A DNA stretch of 64,000 nucleotides, taken from positions 434,001 to 498,000 of the forward strand of contig NMRA01000089.1 in assembly GCA_002633005.1 (NCBI GenBank). The letters are read 5' to 3'. This stretch comes from Phoronis australis (taxonomy: Eukaryota; Animalia; Phoronida). Below are positions 38,533 to 53,076 of this stretch, piece after piece. Under the pieces are notes generated by a model. That model was not told the origin of the DNA and searched no databases. It saw nothing but the letters and a program-made list of their open reading frames with translations. A program made the translations under genes and the position numbers. Each line of letters starts with the position of its first letter. Positions within the stretch are counted from its first letter, which is position 1.

Positions 38533-39652
38533 CCAATATTTTGAAGAAGTGTAGCCAATCACAACACTGTTAGAAGCTTTGAGACATTATCAACATTTGC
38601 CAAACACTTTGGCAGAAATTGAGGAAATTTTACCATAACAAACTGCTACATTCTTATTTGATGTTACTTCCATGTTGATCTTTTGACCAAATGATGTACT
38701 ACATAAATTTGCAGTTATTTGTATGGTACAAAATACGCCAAAAATATTTGGAAATTGACAATTTCTATGCCACGACATCAAAAAAGGTAATGTAGGGTAA
38801 AATGTCACCAATTTAAGACAATATTTTCTCAGTTTTCAACAAGTAGTAGTGAAGTAATGCTTTCCAATTTTCAAGGTTTGTGCGGTAGTTACCATCAGAC
38901 AATGTTTCAAAAAATTGGGGTCATTCACAACAATGGAAAAAGAGTGAATCCAATTCCAGTTGTATTTTTTTTCTGAAATTAGTGAGATTTTAAGGTAATG
39001 GCTCTATTCTGCAAAATTTTAACAGAATGACAGACTCGCTTAATACACATTCTGGTATTATACTGCCATTCCCAGATGAGAATTAATAACAGTATGTTCC
39101 TCTTACAATCAGCTGGAATGACAGGAGATAACCACTCGGTTTGTACAATTTGTTTGGGCTTGTGCTGAGGCTATACTACTGAAGTAGAACTGCATTACAA
39201 GACACCAAACAGCTGCAAAACAACCGCAAAAACAACAAAACATGCTGACAGCCCAAGTATGTTTAAAAATGATAATGCTATTTTAACTACAATCGTTGAT
39301 GTAGTTTTCAACAACATGGCTGATGGCCTCGGAATTATCACGGTGTATCAATAAACCCATACAACTTTTCTACCGGAGCAGAAACACTAAGCACCATGTA
39401 ATGAAGCCCACAACCACTAAACCAGACAATTTTGTAGTGAAGTATACAATCGCATCTGAGCACTTTCATTCTCATATCAATCAGATTATGATTTACGATT
39501 TCCGACAAGAAAAAAATGCTATGCTGTAACAAAACTTCGTTGTCCAACATTACAAATGAAACAGCAAATCGTTTTTGAAAAAGCAATATAAAGTCTAGTT
39601 ACAGAGTAAAGGTATGTGCTAGGAATTATCTTCTTGTTACACGGTTGGCATT

Positions 39653-42600
39653 TTAGTTCGTGTCAGTTTTCAATGGAAACATAAGCACATTGGACTTCAT
39701 GAAGGATAGATCTGGAAATCGAGACACTATTCTCGCAGCCTCCTCACTAAGACATTGTTTTTCTTTGGTTTTTGGAATTGTGGACATTGTTGGAGTAAAC
39801 TTGGACAGTAAACTTTCAAGGGGCTGTAGAGTCTTGTGTGAAACAACAGATGGCACTGATGAGGTGGACAGGAATTCTGACTCCAAATCTGAAAAGGAAA
39901 TGCAACACTAATCAACACGACAGTTCCTGGCCAACACATTTCTACAGTCATCAGTACTTAATGAAAAACTTAAGTACATTAAGAATAAAAAATACCAAAT
40001 AATGTGTACAAACACAAGATACCGTAGTAATGAGACCGTCCAGTAACCAGCACAACAAAATTCCGAGTGCATACATACTACTAAATTCCAATTAAAACAT
40101 CTCTAAAAGTAGTTCCACAAAAAGACCTTTCGCACTGCACACTTAGAAAGTCAGACTAACATGCTTTTCCAACCACTAGAACTTTGAATTCAACGTGAAA
40201 GGTGATTTAGACCAGACTATTTAGGATGGTCCTAAATTTTGAACACTCGAAAACACCAGATTAGCGAGCGGACTAAAGTTATTCTGATAATGTAAGTGGA
40301 GTACTAACGCTTTAGATAGGATCATTTTCTCGACCGTCCCAAATTCTTTGATCCAATCACCCATGATCTGACTCTCAAACTGGTTAGAAAATTATAACTG
40401 AAATTTGAAAGTGTCGCTCAACAAAATGTTCGACTTATTTGGAAATTAACAGTTTATATAACAAGTTTATATAAAAGACAAGCCACTAAAATCACCTGTG
40501 GCAAACTTACTTCCCATGTTTGTTTTGCCTGCCTTAGGCTCTGTCTAATTCAGTAACTTGACATACAATGAATGTACATCCACCTGCATTTGTACTGAAT
40601 CGAGCTTACTAAATACTCTCTAGTCGCAGATGACACAGAAATGTTTGCCTTATAAGGAAGCGAGGCCGAAACTGCGTGTACTTCAATTTGTTAACAACTT
40701 CTGTCCAATACTGCAGACCAATGGGACTGAGATTAGGTTTTAGTCAAATTGCAAGTTTGAAGCAAACATGAAGGTAGGAAAGGACATTTTCATTCAATAA
40801 ATAAGTCAAAATTTTTTGACTAATGTTTAGTCAATTGGACAGAGCCTTGAGGCACAGCTTCCCATGATCAGAATTACGACAGCAAAATTTTAGTTCAGTC
40901 TAGAGGAAAAGGTAGCAATTTATGAAAGTTATCAGTTCCTTGTAACTGAAAATGTGTTCCAATCACCAACTAGTTCAGACTTACTATAATGCAAAGCAGT
41001 GTCACGGACCAGGCTTAACTATCATATTTATTAATTGTCCAAACAACACAAGCAGATAACAACTTGTTCAAGTCAATGACAACAACTTGTTACTCCTTGA
41101 AGTCCCCAACATTGCTTCATGACTGTTCTGCATTATGATCAATGAAAAATGAGCACTGTTTTCAAAAACTACCCCCCCACAATAATTTTTTTTCAAACTG
41201 CTCAAATCATTACAAGCCTAATAAAGACTTTAATTTAAAAACCAACCAGTTCTTTTCATTAGCTCATGGGTGGAGGTCTAATCTTTGTACTCAAAATCAA
41301 ACTCGAAATTATTTTGGGCATTTTCTATTCTATTTTTTGCAAACACAAGATAAGTGCTTATTAGTCTACACTAGAGTACATTACGGTTTGTGTTTATGAG
41401 TTTCTGGTCCAACTTCGCACTCGATTTGTGGTAAAAAGTTTAATAAAAAATCGAACTTTGAGTTCAGGCTCAAAGTTTTAACATAAGCGCTGGGGTCACC
41501 AAGTGCAATCTAGGATTAGAAAGTTGTCGACATAAGCCATTATGTAATTGAGCATAGAATAATTGTCATTAATTTCCAGTTCACTTAAAAATAGACTAGA
41601 AAATGCCAAACATAATTTAGAGTTTGAGTAAAACGATTAGACTCTGGACCTTATTGATAACGATCGTCGACTGTCATGGTTTGCTGGTTCACAGTCGCAT
41701 CTTTGAAAGAAAACCTGATACGTTACTGAGGGAAGCATGACTTCATATAGAACAATGCAAACAATGTGAAGCTTTGCAGTGGGAATGACGTCAGGGATCG
41801 ACTTACCAGATGGTTTAGATGTTAAAGAAGACTGACTATTGTTAGTAGAGAAGAAGTCTAGGTCCAGCAGTGCATTAGCTTGGCCATCTGAAAGCAGTGG
41901 GGGTATAATGCAGCAGCAGCAGTAGTGGCTACACTATGCACACAGGTCATTCGGGCATCAGTGCAACACGTTGTTTCAGTAGCAGTAGCAGTAGCAGCAG
42001 TGGTCGCTACACTATGCACACAGGTCAGTCTGGCATCAGTGCAACACGTTGCCAATGCAATAGCTGTTGAGTTGCAAGTTAGGAAGTCCACTGGGGCGGA
42101 ATTGTTAATAACTAAATGGATGTACATGAGTTTGAATCACAGCATTAATAGTTTTAAGTTGAACAAGCTGATCAAAGCACATTTTGAATTACTAATATAC
42201 TGGACAGAGACTGGGTTCATGGAAATGTTTTGTCAGCATCCGCAAGCAACAATCTATCGTGACAAGTGAGAATTTGGGTAAAATACAAGGTTTAACGTGG
42301 CACAAGACAGTAACAAGACTGGATTATGGACAGGGAACAGGAAAGAAGATCTACAACTGAGGTTTGGGACACAGTGAATGGCAAAACTACAGTACGTAAC
42401 ATCATAATACCTCTCGAGTATTTTTTCAATTGTTATCGGACAAGGGGGCATTATTACTCCCTCCCGCACCAGACCGACAGGCAAAAATTTTGGAATTCCC
42501 AATACAAATTTGAAAGGATGTTCAACACGCAGTTCGTTACCATTTATCAATTTAGGCATGTCTTGTTTTGTTCATCCCAAGCCCAATTCTAAATTAAACT

Positions 42601-45600
42601 ACTGACTTTGCATTGTGATTGAAAGTTGCAAACAAAGCAACTGGCATCTAATTTTTTCCACTTGAAATTTTTTGCAAACGATTGACTCAGAAAAGGAGTG
42701 ATGCTGAGATCTTGAATAGTTTGCCACAGCATTTGCCCCTTGTGTCTTGTTACTTCAACTAATGGACAAATAAGAGAACTGAGTGGAGACAGAAAAAGAT
42801 GAGGACAAATACTGACTAGGACATCTGTGTGAACGAGATATGCATGCTGGTTATTGTATATGCAGATAAACTGTTGCTTCACACCGCACAACAGAAAGAG
42901 GGCACACGGCTGAAATTTACCTTTGTTAGTCACGTTGCTAGGCTTACCTGCACAAATTGAAAACAGTAAACATGTTCAAGATGGCAAACAAAAATGAATA
43001 ATTGAATAGTTGAAACCAAAATCGGGATGCAGAGTAGAATTATGCAAATGCACAGGCTAGCATGCATATAAGGAGTACTGAGAGAATGCAATTAAAATAC
43101 AAAATACAAGAAAAGGCAACCAAAAGATACTGCCATTTGTGTAAAATTGGAACTTACTTTCCAGAGGGTCAGTCAGCCCACTGCTTGACCAGTCAAAATC
43201 CACGGGAGGGAGCGTGTCCTGAAAGAATTGAATAACCAGAAAGGACCTATGAATCACAGATGTCCAAAGTTCTAAGTAATTTATCCACCAGTGAAAAGTT
43301 TCTTTCCTCAACACCAGATGGCAATAGCGGTGGTAGAATTAGCTGAGATAACCGTTAGTCCACAAGTCACCAGATGCACCAGGTGCCTTAGTTTGTGATA
43401 TCATTCAAGTTCACAATCTCCAGAATACAGAAAACTCAATTATGGTTTGAATTTCAGTGTCCCAAATTTTAGAGACTGTCCAAAATTGCACCTTTTGACT
43501 TTTTTCACAAAAATTACGCAACCTATATTTTTTGATATTGCCTCATGCAAAAATGGGACATTTTGAAAGCAATTCCTTACACTGTTCTAGGAGAACAGTG
43601 CATGCTACCTGAAAGTTCTATGGGAATCCGAACAGCCATTTCAGAGATATGTTCCGAAGTTGGCTAAATTTGGCCATTTTTCAAGGGTCCTACATAACCT
43701 GAAACTATTTACAGCGACATTCTATAAAGTAATCTGTAATACTTGTGACAATTACTTAAAACCAGGATGGTATGCTTTTCATTTCAAGCTATAAAAATAC
43801 ATGTGTTAATATAGACTAAGGTTTGATTTAGATGACTGGTCTTAAGTTGGTCTCAGATTAGAAGTATTTGCAAATTGCAGAAGGCTATGCTCAATACGTA
43901 AAATGACCACTTAGCTTAGTGAGCCGGGTCTTGAGCGATAAGGAGCATTCAGTTCCCCCAAGAGTATAAATTTGTTCAAATCGCGACTGAATAACAATTT
44001 GTGACCAAATTTATTATATTCAGCAGTAGTAGGGGACATGAACGTAGGCAACATGGCAACATGGCCCTGAAGCCTCCAGGTGACAGTCGCTTATCATAAG
44101 GCATTACCCAGCAGACACCAGGGATGAGGCACTAAATACATGCAACATAACTTTGTAAGACAATACCCAGCGGCCACAATACATACGGTACCTCCTTCAA
44201 TGGTGCTTCCTTGCTAGTGTCTACCAGTTGAGCTGCAGCGCCCGTCCTGTCCTCCAGAGGACCTTTAGTGGGCTGTAGCAGACCTAGGTCTGTAGCGAAT
44301 ATCGGCACCGACTGCTTCTTGTGGCCAACGAGCTGAAAGGTTGAAAAGCCACGGCTGTAGGTCACATGGTCAGTCAAATATACGCAATACAGTGTAACCA
44401 ATTAATTTAGTGCATTCATTTTATTTAATCTCAAAAATTATCCCATTAAACAATAATGAATTTTCTAACCGACTCTCGTTAAAAAATGTCACATTCATTA
44501 TGCAACATGCAAACAACTCTCCAAGGAAAATCTAACATCAATTAGATAAATATTATCCATATTCTTCTTTAAGCACCGTGTCATAGAATGAACATGAGAT
44601 CGCTTCATGTAAGGCAGGTAATTATCAAACAATGTTTTCCTACATTCGAGGAATACCAAACAATCCACTGCAAGATTTCAATCACTGGAGAGAAGAATCG
44701 ATAAAAAATGCAACGCATAACTGAGAAAATAAGCATTAAAGTGTAGCTTTCACTAAACTAAGGGCTCATTAGGTGATATCACACTAAGAGAAAATAGCAA
44801 ATAGTTTGTATGCAACCTGATTTGGTTTGAAAGGAAAACATATTTGGGATAAAAATAAACAAGACTGAGAAAGCAATTTTAAGAGAGACATTTTTATCAT
44901 TGATTATCAACTCACCAGGTTACGGGTGTCAATGTGAAGTGCGGTTAGCAGGTTCTTCCTGTTCTTCGACTGGTTCCACGTGTACTGCAGCGCCACACTG
45001 TGGTCAATGTCACACAGATCACTCCAGAGGGGGAGCCACCTGTCCACTGGTGCTTCACCTTTGACCTTTTCATTGCCAATTTCTAGTAAGTTGGTGAGGC
45101 AGTTATCTTTACCACTGCTGTTAATACTGAGTGGTGCGTGGAAGCAGGCATCAATCAGCTGCTCCACTCTGGACAGACCAGTGGGCTATATAAAATAATA
45201 TAACAAACATAACAGCATTGTACTGACGAAAAGGGTGAAAAGCAAAACACTGCAAAATACTCAAGCAAGACATTGCACAAACAAAAAATGATAATTTATT
45301 GGTCAGTGTCCTTATGAGATACACTAAAAACCACCATAAATCAAATGCGCCTTCTTAATGATCTGAACTGAATCTCGAAGGCCCACTTGGCAGTTGGCTG
45401 CAATACAACAGCCGAGAGAATATTCCACGCATAATGTGCCGTAATAGTCGCCCATCATAGTTGCAGGGGCATCGCTTGACATGACAAGACACCACATACT
45501 GTGGACGCCCCTCCAACAAGAATGGAGTTGCCATAAGGAATGTTTGTATATTTAACCACAAGATACTCTGATAATAGCCTATGATTTAACCAGATATGGG

Positions 45601-48600
45601 CAAAAGGCCAGATTTATCTGAAGGCTCTTTCATATTGACTTAACTCCGGTCTGAGTGGAGCGTCGATGTAAACAGTTCAGTTAACTGGACCGTTCATACT
45701 GGCTTCGGTAGTTAATGACCATCGAAGTTAAGAGTTGGTGATGCTGACGTCATTGAAGTTATCGCAAGGTAGCGCAGAACGCTAAGATTTTTTTCAAAGT
45801 GACAATTTGGGAACATTTAAATGTGCTAAATGACATTAAACTCATTTTTAAATCTATTGGTTATCATTAGAGGAAAAAATAAGTAGTTATTAGTGACGGC
45901 ACTACTCTGTAACTGTTGACGATAACAGTGGCACCTGGCAATAACTTCGATTGGACTGGAGTTAAGCGTTCATACTGCACCGCAGCGTTGACGCTGCGGT
46001 CTTAAGTCCACCTGTTAACTGTGATGTTAACTGGAACTGTTAACTGCGATCCAGTACCGGAGTTAAGCGTTCATACTGACTGCAACTCCCCAAACCATCG
46101 ACGCGTCCACGTTAGTATGAAAGGCCCTTTAAACATTTTTGATGTCCAACAAACATTGTAACACAGTGTTCACCAGAGGCAGCATTTTTGCATTACTTGA
46201 GACAATTAATCAAAAGAATTCATAAAGGTGTTACCTTGGATGCTAGTTTAATAAGTTGTTATAAATGGAACTAAAAGGAAAATCGTCACTTTTATATCTT
46301 GGTTAGTTTCAAGTATTTTACATACACTGAAGTATCAGTTTTGGCTCATTTTTCCAATAAACATAATGCATCATTTTGTGCTAGTGTAATAACTTCTGCT
46401 GGCCTAGTGCACCCCCTAAGCACCACAGGAGGACTAAGTAAGGATATCTACAGGCTCATTGTGCTCCCTGGGCACCACAAGAGAACTACGAAATGATTGC
46501 TGCAGCTTAATGCGCCCCCTAGGCACCAACTGAGGACTAAGTAATAATTTCAGCAGGCCTAATATGCCCCCTAGGCACTACGAGATAACTAAGTAATGAT
46601 TTCTCTAGGCCTAATGCACCCCCTAGGCATTTTGGTCAAGGTCAGAGCTCGTACTAAAATTTAGAAATTGGCAATATTAGCCATCCCAAATTCACGAATC
46701 CTGAAAAAGACAAATTTTGCACTGGTAGCTATTTTCAACAATTTTATCTCCGACTTTGTTGATACAAAATGCAGTGTCCAATATTTGAGCAATGTGATGA
46801 ACACCAACATTACCCACAATCCCCATTGTCAGAATGAAGAGAATTCAATGTTGGTTTGAATTTCAGTGTCCCAAATTTTAGACACTGTCCCAAATTGGAG
46901 AATTCTAACCATAAGAAATGATTTCTGGACTACTTTCAAGGACCCCAAGAAATTAAAATGAGCCCAAAAACTTTTGTAAGGTGGGTCCACACAACCCTAT
47001 TATTTGGAAGTGTAGGATGAACACTAATTTCACTTGGGCTCATAATACTAGAAATATTTTACATATTACCCAACATATCAAGCTCATTAACTATCTCTTC
47101 CTGTTGCAGTAGCCAATGCTTATTATATACCCTATAAGCACGGATGTTTCCTCAAAATGACATCCTGCTTTTGTCTGATCTTCAAGCCAATCTAGTTCTA
47201 TTTTCATCTTGCTAGCTCTCGCACAGTTAGAAAAGCTACAAACTGCGTACAACAACTGAATTTGACTACTTTCGACATGTCGTGTGATGTCAGTAACTGC
47301 TCACTACATATGATGGACAATAACATTGCACTGAGTAACTAGTAGTGACAAACCCTGGCAGACAGTTACTAATACTGCTGCGGACAAATTGCTAATTGCA
47401 GACATGTAATGAATACCTATGCTATTGTTAACAAGATGTGAAAACACTGTCCAACACTTTCAATGTGATGGCATATTACCATCTTTTATGTACACAGTTC
47501 AATGATTTCAACATGAAATCTGATGGCCTTATGCAATTTTTATGTATGCTATTAAATGATTTCAACATGAAATCTGATGGCCTTATGTAATTTCTATGTA
47601 TGCTGTTACATGATTTCAACATGAAATCTGATGGCATGAGGCTATTTTTATATCAAACGAAAAATTATCAAGAAACATTGCCTCTAACCTAATAGAACCC
47701 AATGACCCAGTTAGGATTTCTTTCTCAGTCAAGTTGAATGGAGAAAAGTTATTTGGCTGAAATTCACTTTGAACATGTTGAATATAGTCCCGTCCATACA
47801 GCCTTCCCTAGCACAACTTGCACTAGTGCAACTTACCCTACTTGTAAATGGAGTACCCACACAACATAACTGATACCAAGGGTGAGGTGGAAGTTCTCAT
47901 TACAATGAAAAGCTAATGTCAATATGGGAGCAAAAGGAGACCCATCTGTATGTAATTGCAGCTGATAATTACTTCCAGCTTGTTCCAGGTTTGTGGCCAC
48001 ACAGGAATTACAAGTGGTGCAAGTTACCCCAGAATAAATTACCCCACCTGGATTACATGGAGTAAGTTGTCACAAGTGGGGTAAGTTGCACTCGTTTAAA
48101 CCGCGTCCACATAGCCTCCAAACCTAGCGACAACTCGTTCCAAGGGTAACTTGTTCTAGGGTAAGTCTGTGTGAAGACAGCAATTATGTGCATAGCTCCA
48201 CTAATAACACAGGAGTCTTGATATCATGTTCAGTTTTAAACCATAATTAATTCCAATTCACTAGAGGCCGCTACAGTGCAACTTTGAACACCGCCACCTG
48301 CTTAGTAAACTGGTGATAGAATTAACATGGTTCAATCAACTGCTTAAATTCCTGAGGAGAATACTTATCTAATTTAGTAAGCATTTCTTCCCCACTGCTC
48401 TTCCTGCATGTTCAGAGATGAAGGATTTAGAGCAACATTAGTGTAGTCAGGATGTTATATCCCACATGGTAAAATTATTCAGACACCATTACACACTCCA
48501 CTTATATGCATTAACACAACACTGTACTAACAGTTATCTCTATTGAGGATTTTGATTACGTAACTGACGATAAAATGTTTCAATCTCACTAGATTCCCTA

Positions 48601-51600
48601 TATACGGAACGGAACGGGCGAGGAACGGGCGGGCGTACTAATTTTAGCAATTCTATAGCCATGATTGCATCATACCTTTAGATAATAATTGATATTTAAA
48701 TCGTCATGGATACAACCTGACAGCTGAGTATGCCAGAGGACAAGGGTCATTCTGCCGTGTAAAAATAATTCTTTTGTTAACAGCCAACCAAGGATAACAT
48801 ACACTTTCAAATCAGTAACAATCACAAGAACGTTAGTAATGCTCAGGATGTTTCTAATCAACAGCTATGATATTTTTGAAAATTGTGTTTCTTTAAAAAT
48901 GTCACCAAAATTTCAACAGGCGAAAAAGGGTTTGTACAAAACTTATGAAATCCATTTGGAACTGCATTCTGTTACCTCGAAAAAGGTAACTGCATTAAAG
49001 TGTCAATTTCCTTCAGACTGTGTGTAAACCACATAACTCTACACATGGAACGCCAACTCCCACATGACTTAAGTATTCCATTGTTACAGCTTGCAACCCT
49101 GAGATTTCACGGGACTAGTCGCAAGAGTTTGAATTGAGAATTTTCGTCTGTCTACTCGACTGAGTTTTGATCGAGTGTTGTAGTTATCAAACAAAGACTA
49201 ATTTCATTACTTCATTTTCATTTTGTCATTTTTGTTCATCAAGCAAGACTCTTGCGGTACAGTTCCAGACAACCAACAATTTCTCGGCGAAATTAGTCAT
49301 TAAATCCGATAATTACACTCTTGTATAGTCATTCTTTATACACACAGACCTGCAGCCCTGGCTGGATGCCGGGAATAATCTGGCCTCTGATATCTTTTCA
49401 ACTCCAGTCTCGGAATAGAAGCACTTTCGAAAAATTATCAAACTACAAGCTAGGAGCTTTTCAAGACATTTCTGAGTGTTAAAATCTGTTCAGTTATTTA
49501 GGTAAAGAAGTGACATTTGGTGTTGAATGTTTAGTCTGCAATTATAAATGAAAAATTACTTGACTGTATTTATTAGCATACTAGCTAAGTGTGCATGTGG
49601 GGGTGCATGCTTGTGCCTGCGTGTGCAGATGCATGTATACCTTCTTACTGTTATGTTTCTATAATAATTCCTTTGTGTATTGTTTACCTGTTACCCAGAT
49701 ACTTTTTGTGTAAATTTGATTTCTGAACAATAATGTTATCTGTAGTATTTAGTATTTACAAATAAATATGAAATAAACTTTCAAAAAATAAAATGTTCAT
49801 TTTATAAAAGAATCCACTCCAATACCTTGTGTCACTGACAGCGTACATTGTATTTGCCAATTGTACTCCTCTTAGCAAACTGCCCCACTTATAGGAATTT
49901 TTTCCTGCCATTCCGCCAAAATATCAAAATGTCCAGCTTTTTCACACATGGCCAATTTGGCATATTATCATCTATTATAATTGCAATTCTCCACGCAACA
50001 TATTCCTATTTTCCGCAATTGATTAAAAAGAAAAGAAAATATGATGTTTCATATGTTTTTGCTGCATCAGCAATTTCCCATTCGACAAAGAACAAACAAA
50101 AAACCGTCGAGCACTTTTGAGCATTACATCCCCCATTCTACAAAACGCTGTCAGGATGTTTACACCCTTACATTTTGGCGAAGATTCAGATCTCTGCCTC
50201 TTCCTGCTTTTCAATCTGGTTGTCCCATCTTTTCATTCTCTAAAGTTGACTATGACAACTACGCAACAGGTATTCAAAATAACATAGTCACTTTGTTACG
50301 GATATTGCTATTTTCCAGAGTCCACTTTAAGTAACATAACATAATAAGAATTTATCCCAATGTCTCTTGTTTAAGGTAACACACACTGCGTGCATCAAGA
50401 CCGCTGATTTTTACTTTCTGAAGAAACGAGTATATGGATTTCACAGTATTTCTGCCAAGCACCAAATGTTTTTAAACTAAAGGCACCAACAAAAAATTAT
50501 TAATGGATTCAAATAAATTTATAACCTACTGCTGATGTTTTTCCGACTGTATAGCCTTTTTACACAAGACATGGTGTTCATATACAGCACATCTTTGACT
50601 CAAATGTAGTTACAATTTGTATGGACCAGTCATCAATTGATCAATCTAATTACGTTGATTGTTAAATTATGTCACACGCGCAAAAGTCTGATTGACAAAA
50701 GTTAATGTTCAAGAAAAAGTATTCAAACTGGCTACTTTTTCAATTCCTCTTTCTCCTTCATATTAACATCAAAAATATTGTTTTACACCAAAGTATCTTA
50801 CTGTTTTAATTAATGAAATAAAAACAAAAAATGTCACCTCCGCGACAGTTTGTGGCTATCCCCATCATAAATAAGCCTAGTAAATACCAAGATAGGAGCC
50901 CTAATTTATTGCAAATATTCATTTTTTACAAATCAATTTGAACAAATTGCCTCAGTTTATAACATGCATGAAACACTTTACCATACAATTCTTTAACTCA
51001 TATGAGATTTTGCTCATCTCAAAAATGTTTAAAACTGTTGCACTTCATGTTGTTTTATTTTAATAAGGTTTAACTTTACTTTATTTAGCACACCAGATAA
51101 ATACCTATTACCGACACATGAAGTCCAGCCCTTACCTTTGAAGTACAGGAATGTTCTATGTCTGGCTGATGGGCAGTTTTGGAAGAGACTTCATCTTGAG
51201 GGAATCGAGTATTACCAACACTAGCACCACCATCTGCAAATCCACCAAAGTCATCGTCTTCATCAACATCATCATTCTTCGAAACACTGGAATGGTTCTC
51301 TTTGAAATCGGCGAAATCTCCAAATTCATCTTGGCCAGCTCCGGTAAAAGCTGAAGAATGGTCGTCGTCACTCCCAGGCTTAAGTTCCCCAAACTTCACA
51401 TTTTTGTTTGAGACTGGGCCCTGAAAACTGGCCCAGCCATCATCCTCATTTTGATCAGCAGCGGAGTCGAACGCAGCCCAGTCATCATTTGTTCTCTCAT
51501 CCTCGCTGAAATGATTGCCATCTTGTTGGTTATGGTCAAAATCAGCAAAATCTCCAAATGCATCTTGCTCATCTCCCTCGTCCACAACACATGGCAATTT

Positions 51601-53076
51601 ATTGGCAACATCATGGCTTGACTTATCAATAACGGATTTATTGGTAACATTTTCAACAACTGAAAAGTCAGTCACATTCTGCCCATCTTGGCCATGACTA
51701 TCAAAGTTGCCAAAATCGTCTTCGTTGTCAAACCCACCACTGGGAATGATTTCTGAGGCCACGCCGTTATTCATGGGCATCTGACTACTCTTCCGCAATA
51801 TTGAGTTGTCCTCACTATAGGATGAGGCTAATGTAGAAGAGTCAACAAAATCAGGACTCTCAACAACACTATGATGTGTAATTCCATCAACATCCGTGTT
51901 CTCCAAACGCATGCCACTTTCTAAAACTTCATCAGTCCCAATGCTATTTACCTGATCTAAATTACGCTCACTCGAACCATCACCATCTTTCCTATCAAAC
52001 TGGCAACTTTCCTCGTCACTATTCCCACGATCATTATCTAGTTCAGTCCTTGCTTTTGTTAACCAATCCTCTGACGAGGCATCGTCACCTGAGTCTACAT
52101 TATCAACACCCTTCCTTTTAATACAACCATCCATGTCACCTGTCTGCACGTTACCGCTGCCTTCCTCACTGCCATCACTCACAGTATCGGTTTGGTGATT
52201 TTCTTCAGTAGACAATTTCGATTTATAGTCACCACTGTCAACTAGGAAAGTATTACTAGCTGACGAATCACTGTCACTTTTTTGGAATGTTGCAAAATCT
52301 GACAAGTCTTCTTCTTGATCATCAGCAGATTTTTCAGGACTTGAATTTTCAGTGCTATTTTGGTAAGCCTCTTCATGCTCACAATCAGCTATGTCTAAGG
52401 CATCAACACTGTTCGTATCTGACACCTCGGCTTCTTTAAAGTGGATTGGGGAATCAGATGCACTGCTGTGTCTACTGGGTTCAAAGAAGGGAGGGCACGC
52501 ATCTGGCATGTCGTCACTGTCCACAAACTGTTTGTCTGCCAAGTTGTCGGTCGTGAGACACTCTTGACCAACTGGAGGTAAACAATGGTCCACAGTGCTT
52601 TCATCAGCACGGCATTCTACGTTGAAACTGGACTCGGATTCAATGTCTTTGTCACAAATAGCTGAACTAACATTTTCTGTCACATTATCATTGAGTGTAT
52701 CAGGAGAGATAGGTTGACTAGACTGTTCAAAAGAACCAAAATCACCAAAATCATCCTGGTGTTGATCCTCACTTTTATTCCTTGTGTTTATGTCACCAAA
52801 CTGAGCCCAAGAATGGTTTGGTTCTTGTTCACCACCAGAATCTTGGAATGAGGCAAAGCTAGCAAATTCTGACGCCTGTCTCTGGCCAGAAACCTGGTGC
52901 GATGGATCTGTGGGGTGGGACGGGTTCTTAGATCTTGGAACATCAGTCTTTGGTGGAGAGAACTTTCCAAAGTCGCCAAAGCCATCATCATCCTCATGCG
53001 TCCAGCTATCATCAAAACTGTCCCCCATTGCTGGTGGAGAGGAAGACAGCATTGGGATGAAATTAGCTGACGACAT
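39653..53076 (-). CDS. AFTPH: Aftiphilin (AP-1/clathrin accessory protein), ~910-920 aa
   Basis: Exons 53076-51136 (acceptor at 53094), 45185-44916, 44332-44192, 43218-43158, optional 42947-42921, 41887-41807, 39888-39653, in phase. N-terminal MLSSSPP..DDDGFGDF; many DFGDF/WxxF gamma-ear motifs; W.QS...LL.AL.IDTRN, GLLQPTK, PPVDFDWSSSGLTDPL, LLDLDFF; C-terminal PDLSFMKSNVLMFP. Confidence 0.93.
41912..42051. repeat. ~80-bp tandem duplication in an AFTPH intron next to an acceptor
   Basis: GCTACACTATGCACACAGGTCA.TC.GGCATCAGTGCAACACGTTG occurs twice, with GCA/GTA triplet runs. Confidence 0.75.
43480..43696 (+). mobile_element. MITE family A, 3' half
   Basis: Ends GGTCCTACATA; shares CTGAAAGTT..GAATCCGA..GCCATTTC.GAGATAT..GTTCCGAAGTT with 60240-60349. 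Confidence 0.6.
45621..46129. mobile_element. MITE-like element (possibly PIF/Harbinger-type) with an internal palindrome
   Basis: Imperfect 19-bp TIRs AAGGCTCTTTCATATTGAC / GTTAGTATGAAAGGCCCTT; repeated GGAGTTAAGCGTTCATACTG; perfect hairpin ACCGCAGCGT-TG-ACGCTGCGGT at 45979-46000. Confidence 0.6.
46401..46629. repeat. ~52-bp degenerate minisatellite x~4.4
   Basis: Units GGCCTAATGCRCCCCCTAGGCACCAC..GGACTAAGTAATGATTT. Confidence 0.75.
47503..47636. repeat. ~53-bp tandem repeat x~2.5
   Basis: ATGATTTCAACATGAAATCTGATGGC occurs three times. Confidence 0.8.
47789..48179. mobile_element. MITE-like element with imperfect ~28-bp TIRs
   Basis: Left CGTCCATACAGCCTTCCCTAGCACAACTT versus reverse complement of right TCTTCACACAGACTTACCCTAGAACAAGTT; internal CAAGTTACCC/GGGTAAGTTG repeats. 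Confidence 0.5.

Noticed and set aside
49349-49471. Possible extra AFTPH exon (KCLEKLL..FRKCF..)
   Set aside because: Weak donor ending in phase 2, whereas exons 51136 and 45185 already join in phase 0 with continuous homology.
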